Assembly: GCA_041690395.1 (NCBI GenBank)
Contig: JAWLHJ010000001.1
Location: 128,001-192,000, forward strand
Direction: 5' to 3'
Source: Longimicrobiales bacterium
GTDB taxonomy: Bacteria; Gemmatimonadota; Gemmatimonadetes; Longimicrobiales; Gaopeijiaceae
DNA: 64,000 nt
The position numbers and the translations under genes are program-made. Positions 28,871 through 37,598 of the stretch are shown here, one piece after another; position 1 is the first letter of the stretch; each line of letters begins with the position of its first letter. Below the pieces are notes generated by a model. That model searched no databases and was not told the origin of the DNA. It saw nothing but the letters and a program-made list of their open reading frames with translations.

Positions 28871-31363
28871 TCAGTTCCCCCAGGGGCACGAGAGGTCGGC
28901 CCAGAGCATGCCCGAGTCACCGATCGGGCTGCCCGGCGGCATGCCCGGTGCATCCGGGGTGGTGACCGGCTCCCACGGCCGCTCCAGGAAGCGCCCGATG
29001 TCGGCCGCGAGCGCGAGGTAGTGCGCCCGGTCGGACGGACTGGCGCTCATCGAGGCCTCCGCGACGGACACGGCTATGTCTTCGAGCTGGTATCCGGTGA
29101 CGGCACGCACCTGGGCCATCGGCGCTTCCGCGGCCAGCCGGATGAGGCGCTCCACGAGCGCCCGCTCGACCGCACGATTGATCTCGGCCTCGTAGGCGCC
29201 CGTCGGCTGCGCTCCGAACGTGGCCTCGCGGGCTCGGCTGATGACCTGCTCGAGCCCCGGCAGCGTCGGATCGAGCGCCCGCTGCTGGATCATGCGGGTC
29301 GCGCGCTCCGGGTGGAACAGGAAGCCCAGGGTCGCTTCGACCGAAGCGCGGGCGGGCGCGATGGCGTCGAACACCAGCCCGGTGTGCCGCTCGAAGAGCT
29401 CCTGATGGGGGCCGTAACTGGCCGGACGGGGCGGCAGGTTCTCGAGCACCGCGTCGGGCAGTGTCAGCTCCGCCGGATCGAGCGTCCGCATGAGGGCATC
29501 GAGCGCCCGCTGCTGCTCCGCCGCCGGGACCGGACGAAGCGGCGTCTGGCCGTCGCCCCTCATGGCGTAGGTGTAGTACTGACCGGCCACGACCTTGGTG
29601 ATGGCCTCGGCCTGGTACCGGTGATGCAGATACAATGGAACGAGCGCCTCCTCCATGGTCGCCATCGGCTCACCCATGCGAATGGCGGCCTCGCCGAAGC
29701 GGTCGAGCGCGACCCTCCGGACGTCCATCATGCGCTCGAGCTCGCCCGCCGCGGTGGCCCCGTTGTCCCACAGGTGGACGTTGGGGTGTGCGCTCCCGGC
29801 GGGCCGGCCGTCCTGGTCGGTGATGAACGTGATGCCCTCGCTCATCCCCTCCCGGAGAATCGCCTCGAGCGCCTCGGCCTCGTCGGTTCCCTCGGGGAAA
29901 TGCGTATAGCCGTATCGGATGGCGATCTCGTCCCAGGCGCCGATCCCGTCGGGATAAGACTCGCGGCCCAGCACGACGCGGCCGTTCTCGACGCGGGAGA
30001 TCGGATGCGGGTAGTCCATCACGGACATGGTGCCGTCGGCGGTCTGGGCGCTGGCAATGTAGTTGTGGCTGAGCCCGATCGTGTGCCCGATCTCGTGCGC
30101 CGACAGCTGCCGGATGCGCTGGAGCGCCATCTCCCGCACGTCGGCCGGGCTCTCGTCGCCGGTCAGATAGGGCGCGGTCAGCCCCTCACCGATGAGATAG
30201 TCCTGGCGGACACGCAGCGAGCCGAGCGTGACATGTCCCTTGAGGATTTCGCCGGTGCGTGGATCCTGGACCGAGTTGCCGTAGCTCCAGCCGCGGGTGG
30301 ACCGGTGCACCCACTGGACCACGTTGTAGCGGACGTCCATGGGGTCGGCCGTGTCGGGCAGGATCTCCATGCGGAAGGCGTCGATGTAGCCGGCGGCCTC
30401 GAACGCCTGATTCCACCATGCGCCGCCCTCCATGAGCGCCGTGCGCACCGGCTCGGGCGTGCCGGGGTCGAGGTAGTAGACGATCGGCTCGACCGCCTCC
30501 GAGCGCTCGGCGTTCGGGTCGCGCTTCTCGAGGCGATGGCGGGCGATGTACCGGACGGTGAGGTCGTCCTCGATGGGCTGCGCGAAGTCCATGAAGGTCG
30601 GGCCCCCGAAGCCCGCTCGAGGGTCGGCGAGCCGCGGCTCATACGATCCGTCGAGCGCGGGCAGCTCGACGAAGGAGTGGTGCTGCCGCACCGTCAGCGC
30701 ATTCCCCGTGGGCGTGACGCTCCGCACCAGGCCGCCCGGGTTGTTCGACGTGAAGGTCAGGGTGACCTCGATCTCGGTGTTGCTCGGAAAGCCCCGAGTC
30801 CTCGGCATGTACACCGCGCTGCGGGACTCCTGCAGGCTCCAGGATCCCTGGTTCCTCTGCAGCGTGGTCATGACCCCGTGCCAGTCCTCCATGAGGAAGT
30901 CGGTGGCGTCGACGAGCACGCGGTCGCCGGTCTCGGCCTCGGCGGTGAAGCCCCACAGCACCGAGCTCGGGAAGCCGTCCTCGACCGAGCGGCGCTCCAT
31001 GGCGTCGTCGGAGATGGCCCGGTAGCCGTAGTTGGGCTCCTCCATGAGCACCTTCGGGCCCACCCGCTTGAAGACGACCACGTGCCGGCCGCCCAGGTCA
31101 CCGCGGTTGAGGCCGATGTCGTTCTGGCCGAGGCCGGCCGGAAGCGACGTGTAGTGGAGCAGCTCCTCGTTCCAGCGAGCGATCTCGAGCCAGAGCGTGC
31201 CGGCCGACTCGTCCCAGTACATGGGCACGAACCCGTCCACACGGGTCATCTCCGCGGTCTTCTCCTCGATGGAGGGAAGTCCTTCCTGTGCCGCCATGGT
31301 CGCGGGCACGAGTCCGGCCATGACGACCAGTGTGCAGAGGGCCCACTTCACGCGCTGATCCAT
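28871..31363 (-). CDS. Secreted zinc-dependent metalloprotease (Met-zincin)
   Basis: Signal peptide; HEIGHTIGLSH and SVMDY Met-turn; GAGGAG RBS. Confidence 0.92.
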   Translation of the reverse strand: MDQRVKWALCTLVVMAGLVPATMAAQEGLPSIEEKTAEMTRVDGFVPMYWDESAGTLWLEIARWNEELLHYTSLPAGLGQNDIGLNRGDLGGRHVVVFKRVGPKVLMEEPNYGYRAISDDAMERRSVEDGFPSSVLWGFTAEAETGDRVLVDATDFLMEDWHGVMTTLQRNQGSWSLQESRSAVYMPRTRGFPSNTEIEVTLTFTSNNPGGLVRSVTPTGNALTVRQHHSFVELPALDGSYEPRLADPRAGFGGPTFMDFAQPIEDDLTVRYIARHRLEKRDPNAERSEAVEPIVYYLDPGTPEPVRTALMEGGAWWNQAFEAAGYIDAFRMEILPDTADPMDVRYNVVQWVHRSTRGWSYGNSVQDPRTGEILKGHVTLGSLRVRQDYLIGEGLTAPYLTGDESPADVREMALQRIRQLSAHEIGHTIGLSHNYIASAQTADGTMSVMDYPHPISRVENGRVVLGRESYPDGIGAWDEIAIRYGYTHFPEGTDEAEALEAILREGMSEGITFITDQDGRPAGSAHPNVHLWDNGATAAGELERMMDVRRVALDRFGEAAIRMGEPMATMEEALVPLYLHHRYQAEAITKVVAGQYYTYAMRGDGQTPLRPVPAAEQQRALDALMRTLDPAELTLPDAVLENLPPRPASYGPHQELFERHTGLVFDAIAPARASVEATLGFLFHPERATRMIQQRALDPTLPGLEQVISRAREATFGAQPTGAYEAEINRAVERALVERLIRLAAEAPMAQVRAVTGYQLEDIAVSVAEASMSASPSDRAHYLALAADIGRFLERPWEPVTTPDAPGMPPGSPIGDSGMLWADLSCPWGN

Positions 31364-31546
31364 TCGTGTCTCCTCGCCGGTGATCCGTCCTCCGGCGAGG
31401 GCGCTCGAGCCGTCCTCTCGCGACCTACCGGGGCGTCGCGGCCGCGGGTGCGGCCGACCGCGAATGTGCGGGCCGAAGAGCGTAGGCGCCAGCCAGCCGG
31501 CACCGCGCCACCCTCCGATCGGCACCGGCCCTCCACACCGGTCCGC

Positions 31547-32386
31547 TCAGTCCTGCGCTCCGGTGCGGGCCACCGCGTCCTCGTGCACGGACAGGAGGAT
31601 CTGCCGGAAGCTGTCGAGGGGCAGCGCGCCCTGGAGCGGCCCGTAACCGACCACCAGGAAGGTCGGCGTGCCCCGGACGCCGAGCTCTCGCGCCAGGCCG
31701 CCGGCCGTCTCGATCCGGTCCAGGCGTCGCCCCTCCGTCTGACACGCGTCATAGGTCGCGGGATCGACACCGGCCGCGATGGCCCACTCCCGCACGAGGT
31801 CGGTGGCGTTGCCGCTGGACTTCCAGGCGGCCTGATCTTCCCAGAGCCTGTGGTTCACCCGCTCGAAGAGCTCGGGCGACTGCTCGAGCGAGCATTCCGC
31901 GGCCCTGAGGGCGGCCCGGGAGTTGTCGAACATCCCCGTCACGTAAGCCACGAACTTCCACTCGACCATCCCGGTCTCGATGAACTCCTCCTCCAGGGTC
32001 GGGAACGTCTCCATGTGGAAGCGCCGGCAATACCCGCACCCGTAGTCCGACATCTCGATGACCTGGACGGGCGCCCCTTCGACGCCCCGGTTGAAGCCCA
32101 GCTCGGCGAGGGGAACCTCCCGGAGCGGACCGGTGCGCGAGCCGCTCGACGTGCTCCCGCCTTCCGCTCCGGCGGCCGAAAGCAGGCCACGGGTCACGTC
32201 TGCCGGCGAGTCGGAGTCGGCCGAGGGAGCAGCGTCCCCGCCGCAGGACACGAGCAACAGGGGCGCGGCCAGGGCGAAGAGGATCGCGGTGCCCGAGCGC
32301 GTAGGCCGGCGCAGCGGGGCGGGCCGGCGCGTGCGATCGGACGAGGTCGTCCCATCGGGGCGGACGGTAGCGGAATCGGGCATCAT
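31547..32386 (-). CDS. DsbA/BdbD-like thioredoxin-fold lipoprotein
   Basis: Lipobox LVSC; SDYGCGYCRRFH CxxC; GVRGTPTF cis-Pro loop. Confidence 0.92.
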   Translation of the reverse strand: MMPDSATVRPDGTTSSDRTRRPAPLRRPTRSGTAILFALAAPLLLVSCGGDAAPSADSDSPADVTRGLLSAAGAEGGSTSSGSRTGPLREVPLAELGFNRGVEGAPVQVIEMSDYGCGYCRRFHMETFPTLEEEFIETGMVEWKFVAYVTGMFDNSRAALRAAECSLEQSPELFERVNHRLWEDQAAWKSSGNATDLVREWAIAAGVDPATYDACQTEGRRLDRIETAGGLARELGVRGTPTFLVVGYGPLQGALPLDSFRQILLSVHEDAVARTGAQD

Positions 32387-33117
32387 GGCATATCCAGATC
32401 GATGAGCTGCCCCATTCCCGCGAGCATCCCGGTGATTGCGGCGAAACGTCCCGAAACCATCAGGACGCCGACGACGACGAGAACGGCGCCCGCCGCCCGT
32501 TGCAGCGGAATCAGCCAACGCCTCGCTCGAGCGGCCCTGGCCAGGAAGACGTTCAGCGCCGAAGAGGCGGCGACGAACGGGACGCCCAGCCCGGCCGCGT
32601 AGGCACCGAGCAGGAACATCCCCTCGACCATGGTCGATTCGAGACTGGTGTACAGTAGGATCGAGGCCAGGATCGGTCCAATGCACGGTGTCCAACCCGC
32701 GCCGAACGCCATGCCGACGAAAACCGATCCCAGCGGACCCGCGGCCTTGCTCGGGGCGCCCAGCCGGACCTCTCGCGAGAGCCATCCTATCCGGAGAACG
32801 CCGAGAAGGTAGAGCCCCAGGAGGAGGATCACGACCCCGCCCAGGCGACTCAGCCACGGGAGCGCACGGGCGATCGGCGTCCCGACGGCCGTGGCGACGA
32901 GCCCCAGCGTCATGAACACCATCGTGAAGCCGACGACGAACAGCACGGAGTGCAGCACGGCGGACCGGCGCGCGTCGCCGCTCCCCTCCCGCACCTCCTC
33001 GAGCGTCAGGCCCGAAACGAAGGCCACGTAGCTCGGCACCACCGGGAGGATGCACGGCGACAGGAAGGAGATGAGACCCGCGAGAAAGGCGAGCCCGAAC
33101 GAGACCTGCACCTCCAT
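32383..33117 (-). CDS. ccdA: Cytochrome c biogenesis protein CcdA
   Basis: SFLSPCILPVVP and GWTPCIGPIL; multiple TM helices. Confidence 0.95.
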   Translation of the reverse strand: MEVQVSFGLAFLAGLISFLSPCILPVVPSYVAFVSGLTLEEVREGSGDARRSAVLHSVLFVVGFTMVFMTLGLVATAVGTPIARALPWLSRLGGVVILLLGLYLLGVLRIGWLSREVRLGAPSKAAGPLGSVFVGMAFGAGWTPCIGPILASILLYTSLESTMVEGMFLLGAYAAGLGVPFVAASSALNVFLARAARARRWLIPLQRAAGAVLVVVGVLMVSGRFAAITGMLAGMGQLIDLDMP

Positions 33118-33202
33118 CACTGCGCCTGCCGGACCGCGGGGGATCCCCGTCGGCCAACGGGGAATCCACTCCGCGCTCCAGGCGCGAAGGTGCCGCGACC
33201 CA

Positions 33203-34069
33203 TCAGAGGCTGAAGTCGGTCAGCAGACGCTTCTCTTCCTCGCCCAGCGTCGCCTGTACTTCCAGGTAGTCCTCGATGCCACTCCCGTTCAGCTTGTTGC
33301 GAAGGAGCTGATCGAGCTGGAACAGGCCCGCGGAGTTGGAGAGCTCGACCCGGATCCGGATGGGCTTGGCCTCACCACGCTCGATCGACACGGAGTCGAC
33401 CGCCGCCGCGGAGACGGAATGGATGGACAGGGAGCCGGCCGAGAACGGGATGCGGGATCGTCCCTTGGCCATGTCCAGCGCGTCGGCGATGCGCACGACC
33501 CCCGCCTCGAGCGTGAGCGGCTTCCCGCCCGAGCGGTGCGCGATGATCGCGTGCAGGATGTCCGACCGAATGATCGTGCACCTGCGCGCATCGTAGAGCT
33601 CGGGCAGGATCTCCCCGAGCTTCTTCGTCGCCAGGAAGAGGCTGAACGACTCGTGATCTTCGCGGTGGATCGACATCCCGACGTCGTGGAGAAGCGCGGC
33701 GAGCGCGACCACGACCTCTGCATCCTCGGCTTCGAGCTCGTAGTTCCGGACCACGTGGGGCGCGACGCCGGCCTCGACCAGAAGCCGCAACATGCGCACC
33801 GCGATGTTCATGACGATCTTGACGTGGACTGGACCGTGGTCGGTCATCCCGAGGCGTTCCACAGCGTTCACGTTCGCCGCCAGCCACATGCCATACAGGT
33901 CGTCGTCGGCGTTCACGAGCTCCATCGCTCTTCGGAGCTTCGGGCTGTGCCGGTCCGGCACGGTCATCACGATGCGGCGATCGAACCGTTCGTCGATGTC
34001 ACGTGCGACATCGATCGGGTCCGGGACGACCTCGGTCTCGAAGTAGTTGTCGGACCTGGATTTACTCAC
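33203..34069 (-). CDS. HD-domain metal-dependent phosphohydrolase
   Basis: DHGPVHVKIV, ALLHDVGMSIHR, AIIAH, IADALDMAKGRSR. Confidence 0.9.
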   Translation of the reverse strand: MSKSRSDNYFETEVVPDPIDVARDIDERFDRRIVMTVPDRHSPKLRRAMELVNADDDLYGMWLAANVNAVERLGMTDHGPVHVKIVMNIAVRMLRLLVEAGVAPHVVRNYELEAEDAEVVVALAALLHDVGMSIHREDHESFSLFLATKKLGEILPELYDARRCTIIRSDILHAIIAHRSGGKPLTLEAGVVRIADALDMAKGRSRIPFSAGSLSIHSVSAAAVDSVSIERGEAKPIRIRVELSNSAGLFQLDQLLRNKLNGSGIEDYLEVQATLGEEEKRLLTDFSL

Positions 34070-34075
34070 GATATG

Positions 34076-34480
34076 TCAGCGGCGCCGGCGGGTGAAGCCG
34101 AACAGAAGGAGCCCGGCGGCGGCGCCGAGCAGAGCCCCTCCGAGGAGGGCGCGGCGACCCTCGGCGCTGGACGGCACCGACGGCGCCCATCCGCGCTCGT
34201 CCGCACCGTCATCGAGCGCGACCGTCTCACTCTCGCCGCCCTCCCAGCCGCAGGCGGGACATTCGAGCTCGTCACGATCACGGGCTGTCCGGTTGGCGAA
34301 CTCGACTTCCGCGGCGCAGACGGGGCATCCGTACCCTGACATGAGCGGACCGACCATCCCGTAAAGGGCGCTCTTGGAGAGGTCCAGCCGCTCGGCGATC
34401 TGGTTCACGCTCTCGTCCGAGCCCCAATAGAGCTCGTTCGCGCGGCGCGTGACTTCCGGGTCGCTCGTCGCTCCCTCCAT
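34076..34480 (-). CDS. Hypothetical HTH + Zn-ribbon + C-terminal TM protein
   Basis: SVNQIAERLDLSKSALY, CPVC..CPAC, LLGGALLGAAAGLLLFGF followed by RRRR; GGAG RBS. Confidence 0.8.
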   Translation of the reverse strand: MEGATSDPEVTRRANELYWGSDESVNQIAERLDLSKSALYGMVGPLMSGYGCPVCAAEVEFANRTARDRDELECPACGWEGGESETVALDDGADERGWAPSVPSSAEGRRALLGGALLGAAAGLLLFGFTRRRR

Positions 34481-34568
34481 GTCGCTCCACTCTCTTCGGG
34501 TTGACCCTGGTTCTCCTGACGATGAACATAGCTGGCCCCTTCCGGTCCCGCACGAACAGGAGGCTTCC

Positions 34569-34823
34569 ATGCGTGGCAGAGATCGCGTGCTCCAGAGTCT
34601 CGAGAAGGTCTACCGGGCCGCGTTCGCCGAGGCCGAGAAGGCCGGAGACTCCGGAAAGATGCAGGCGCTGGACCTCGAGTACCAGCGCGACCAGATCCAG
34701 CTCGAAGTACTCCTCGACATCCGGGACCTGCTTGCGACGCCCGAACCCGTCGAAGCGGGCGAAGAGACCATCTCGCTGCTCGAAAAGGCCCAGAAGATCC
34801 GCAACCTGACAAAGCTCCGGTGA
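34569..34823 (+). CDS. Small helical hypothetical protein
   Basis: AGGAGG RBS, GC3-biased codons, stop 4 bp before the adenosyltransferase start. Confidence 0.75.
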   Translation: MRGRDRVLQSLEKVYRAAFAEAEKAGDSGKMQALDLEYQRDQIQLEVLLDIRDLLATPEPVEAGEETISLLEKAQKIRNLTKLR

Positions 34824-34827
34824 CGCC

Positions 34828-35382
34828 ATGAAGATCTACACGCGGTCCGGGGACGACGGCGACACCGCCCTCTTCGGAGGAGGCAGGGTCCCCAAGGCTC
34901 ATGCGCGCGTCGAGGCGTACGGCACCGTCGACGAGCTCAACGCGGTCATCGGGCTCGCCATCGCGCAGACCGCCGACGAGAGCGTCCGCTCCCGCTTGCA
35001 GACCGTGCAACACGATCTGTTCAGCCTCGGTGCCGACCTGGCCACCCCTCCGGCGCGGGACGGGCGGAAGCGGCCATCGACCCCGGAGCTTCCGATCGGG
35101 CGCGTGACCGACATGGAGGGCTGGATCGACGAAGCCGACGAGGAGCTGGCGCCGTTGAGGGCCTTCGTGCTCCCGGGTGGGACGGTCGGGGCCGCGGCGC
35201 TCCACCTCGCCCGGACAGTCTGCCGCCGGGCGGAGCGCGAGGTGGTCCGTCTGGCCGGGAGCGAGCCGGTCAGCGACGCGGTCGTGCCCTACCTCAACCG
35301 ATTGTCGGACTTGCTCTTCACCTTCGCTCGGCTCGAGAACCACCGCAGCGGTGTTCCCGACGTGGAGTGGATCAAGCCGTGA
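34828..35382 (+). CDS. PduO-type ATP:cob(I)alamin adenosyltransferase
   Basis: MKIYTRSGDDGDT, AYGTVDELN, ARTVCRRAER, YLNRLSDLLF. Confidence 0.96.
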   Translation: MKIYTRSGDDGDTALFGGGRVPKAHARVEAYGTVDELNAVIGLAIAQTADESVRSRLQTVQHDLFSLGADLATPPARDGRKRPSTPELPIGRVTDMEGWIDEADEELAPLRAFVLPGGTVGAAALHLARTVCRRAEREVVRLAGSEPVSDAVVPYLNRLSDLLFTFARLENHRSGVPDVEWIKP

Positions 35383-36221
35383 AACGCCCCTTCACGCTCG
35401 AGCCGCGACCGGGCGACGTGATCCGTGGGGACATACGGCTGCCGGACCCGGGGACGGGGCCGCACGGTGTCGCCCGCACCGCTGTCCTCGTCGTGCACGG
35501 CTTCAAAGGCTTCAAGGACTGGGCGTTCTTCCCTCACACCGCCGACCGCCTGACGGCTGCGGGCCACACCGTCGTGTCGTTCAACTTCTCGCGGAACGGC
35601 GTGGGCGAAGACCTCCTCACGTTCTCCGAGCTCGAGAAGTTCGGCGCGAACACGCTCTCCCTCGAGCTCGACGAGCTGCACCTGGTGCTCGACCGACTCC
35701 GCGACGGAACGTTGCTGGGCTTCATACCGGACCGCGTCGGCGTCCTGGGGCACAGCCGGGGCGGGGGGAGCGCGATCATCGCCGCCTCCGAGGATGAGCG
35801 TGTGGACGCCCTGGTCACGTGGGCGGCGATCTCGACCTTCGACCGGTGGACGGAGGAGGCGAAGGGGGAGTGGCGTCGGGAGGGGCGGGTCTGGATCCCG
35901 AACCTTCGCACGCGGCAGCAGATGCCGCTCGACGTCGCGCTCCTCGAGGACTTCGAGGCCAACCGGGAGCGGTTGGACATCCTCGGGGCCGCTGGGCGAC
36001 TGAACCGTCCGTGGCTCGTGGTGCACGGGACGGGCGACGACACCGTCGACCCCGAGGACGGCCGTAAGCTCGTAGAGGCCGGGCCGAGGGCCAGCGGTCA
36101 TTGGGTCGAGGGTGCCGGACACACCTTCGAGGCCCGGCACCCCTTCGAGGTGTCTTCCCCGGAGCTCGACGACGCGCTCCGCGCCACCCTGGCGCATTTC
36201 GATCGGGCGCTGCGAGGCTGA
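35379..36221 (+). CDS. Alpha/beta hydrolase
   Basis: GTGA overlap; HGFKGFKDW, GHSRGG nucleophile elbow, HGTGDDTV, GAGHTF. Confidence 0.92.
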   Translation: MKRPFTLEPRPGDVIRGDIRLPDPGTGPHGVARTAVLVVHGFKGFKDWAFFPHTADRLTAAGHTVVSFNFSRNGVGEDLLTFSELEKFGANTLSLELDELHLVLDRLRDGTLLGFIPDRVGVLGHSRGGGSAIIAASEDERVDALVTWAAISTFDRWTEEAKGEWRREGRVWIPNLRTRQQMPLDVALLEDFEANRERLDILGAAGRLNRPWLVVHGTGDDTVDPEDGRKLVEAGPRASGHWVEGAGHTFEARHPFEVSSPELDDALRATLAHFDRALRG

Positions 36222-36227
36222 GGGTCC

Positions 36228-36803
36228 GTGCGAGACGGGGGGCGGGGCGCGGCCATGGCGGCTTCGGTCGTGGCCGTGGCGACCCGGCACGGCTTCGGAC
36301 AGCCCGAGGTGTCGCGGATCGATCGCGCCCTGAAAGAGGCGATGAGGCCCCGCGAAGTCGCTCTCACCGACGACCATCACCCGGCCTACCTCCACCCCGG
36401 GCGAGTCGCGCTGATCCTCCTCAACGATGTCCCGGACGCGACCGCCGAATCGATCGAGCTCGCCGTCCTGATCGAGTCGAGGGATCCGGAGCTCCGCGTC
36501 GGTGACGACCTCGTGCGGGCCCAGGTCGGCGAAGGGGTCGCCGCTGCCCGTGCCACGATCCCGTCGCCCGGATCGGAAGACCTGACCGAGCGCCTCGTGA
36601 CGCTCGACGACGCCACCGCGCTGGCCACACTGGCCGAGCGGCTGGATCATCTCCGCCACGAGCACCTGAGGGACCGGGTGACGCCTTGGCCGCAGATGGT
36701 CGAGGAAGTATCGGCGGTCTGGCTCCCGGTCGCCGACCGTCGATCGTCCACGCTCGCCCGGCGGTATCGACACTGGCTCCGCACCTTCCAGCGACGGCTG
36801 TGA
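36228..36803 (+). CDS. Degenerate RelA/SpoT-hydrolase-like (HD-like) protein
   Basis: PAYLHPGRVALIL and LAERLDHLRH resemble (p)ppGpp hydrolase motifs; HD dyad absent. Confidence 0.6.
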   Translation: MRDGGRGAAMAASVVAVATRHGFGQPEVSRIDRALKEAMRPREVALTDDHHPAYLHPGRVALILLNDVPDATAESIELAVLIESRDPELRVGDDLVRAQVGEGVAAARATIPSPGSEDLTERLVTLDDATALATLAERLDHLRHEHLRDRVTPWPQMVEEVSAVWLPVADRRSSTLARRYRHWLRTFQRRL

Positions 36804-36914
36804 GCCGGCCGCGCGCTTGCGGCCTCTACTCGCTTTGATTATCGGTTGTCTTCACGTGCGGGACCCCGTCCGGGTCACCCGCCCGCGACACGCAGCCAAG
36901 GACGTTTGCGGACC

Positions 36915-37148
36915 ATGACATACATCATCACCGAGCCATGCATCGAAACGAAGGACGCGAGTTGCGTGGAGGTGTGCCCGGTCGATTGCATCTACGAGGG
37001 GGATGACCAGTTCTACATCCACCCGGACGAATGCATCGATTGCGGAGCGTGCGAGCCCGAGTGCCCCGTGCAGGCGATCTTCCCGGATACCGACGTGCCG
37101 CCCGAGTGGACGAACTACGTCGAGAAGAACAAGACGCACTTCGAGTAG
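36915..37148 (+). CDS. fdxA: Dicluster (7Fe-type) ferredoxin
   Basis: [31 protein letters not shown]. Confidence 0.95.
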   Translation: MTYIITEPCIETKDASCVEVCPVDCIYEGDDQFYIHPDECIDCGACEPECPVQAIFPDTDVPPEWTNYVEKNKTHFE

Positions 37149-37188
37149 CCTCCCGAGACCGACCGGCTCACGCCAGGTGGCGCTGGAA

Positions 37189-37234
37189 AAGCAAAAGCGG
37201 CGAGGGAGACCCGGTCTCTCTCGCCGCTTTGCTT
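37189..37234. terminator. Bidirectional intrinsic terminator
   Basis: AAGCAAAAGCGGCGAGGGAGAC..GTCTCTCTCGCCGCTTTGCTT long stem with A/T flanks between convergent genes. Confidence 0.85.
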
Positions 37235-37249
37235 GCCACCCGGGCTCGC

Positions 37250-37420
37250 TCAGAATCCGACCGCGCGCAACCTGTCCAGGGAGACCGGCTGGGGCGCGGA
37301 CGCGTCGCTCGGAAGGGCCTTGGGGCCCTTGATGTCGACGGGATCCCGTTGTTGACGCACGATCAGCAGCGTCGTCGCGAGCGCCGTGGCACCGAGAAGT
37401 CCGACAACCAGTTTGTTCAT
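37250..37420 (-). CDS. Small (56 aa) single-pass membrane protein
   Basis: MNKLVVGLLGATALATTLLIVRQQRD..VSLDRLRAVGF; GGAG RBS, upstream promoter motif, downstream terminator. Confidence 0.7.
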   Translation of the reverse strand: MNKLVVGLLGATALATTLLIVRQQRDPVDIKGPKALPSDASAPQPVSLDRLRAVGF

Positions 37421-37459
37421 GGCACGCTCCGAGAGGGGAAGGTCTGTCCGCTCCCGGGC

Positions 37460-37474
37460 GCAAAAAGCAAGCCA
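37460..37474 (-). promoter_or_regulatory. Sigma54-type -24/-12 promoter
   Basis: Minus strand TGGCTTGCTTTTTGC, exact GG-N10-GC spacing, 40 bp upstream of the small ORF. Confidence 0.6.
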
Positions 37475-37598
37475 TTGGCGGACTCTGTTGGAAGTACACC
37501 GATCATGCGGATTCGTCCCTCCCGGGAGGACATCGAGTGATGCGAGCATGCACCATGATCGCAGAACCCACGCATCGAAAGACCGCGAGGGAGCGCGC

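Noticed and set aside
29021..32602. 1193-aa plus-strand ORF
   Set aside because: Antisense to the Met-zincin, dsbA-like and ccdA genes; typical stop-poor mirror frame in high-GC DNA.
31547..33169. 540-aa apparent CcdA-DsbA fusion
   Set aside because: ccdA is in a different frame; the two genes overlap at ATGA, so the N-terminal extension is spurious.
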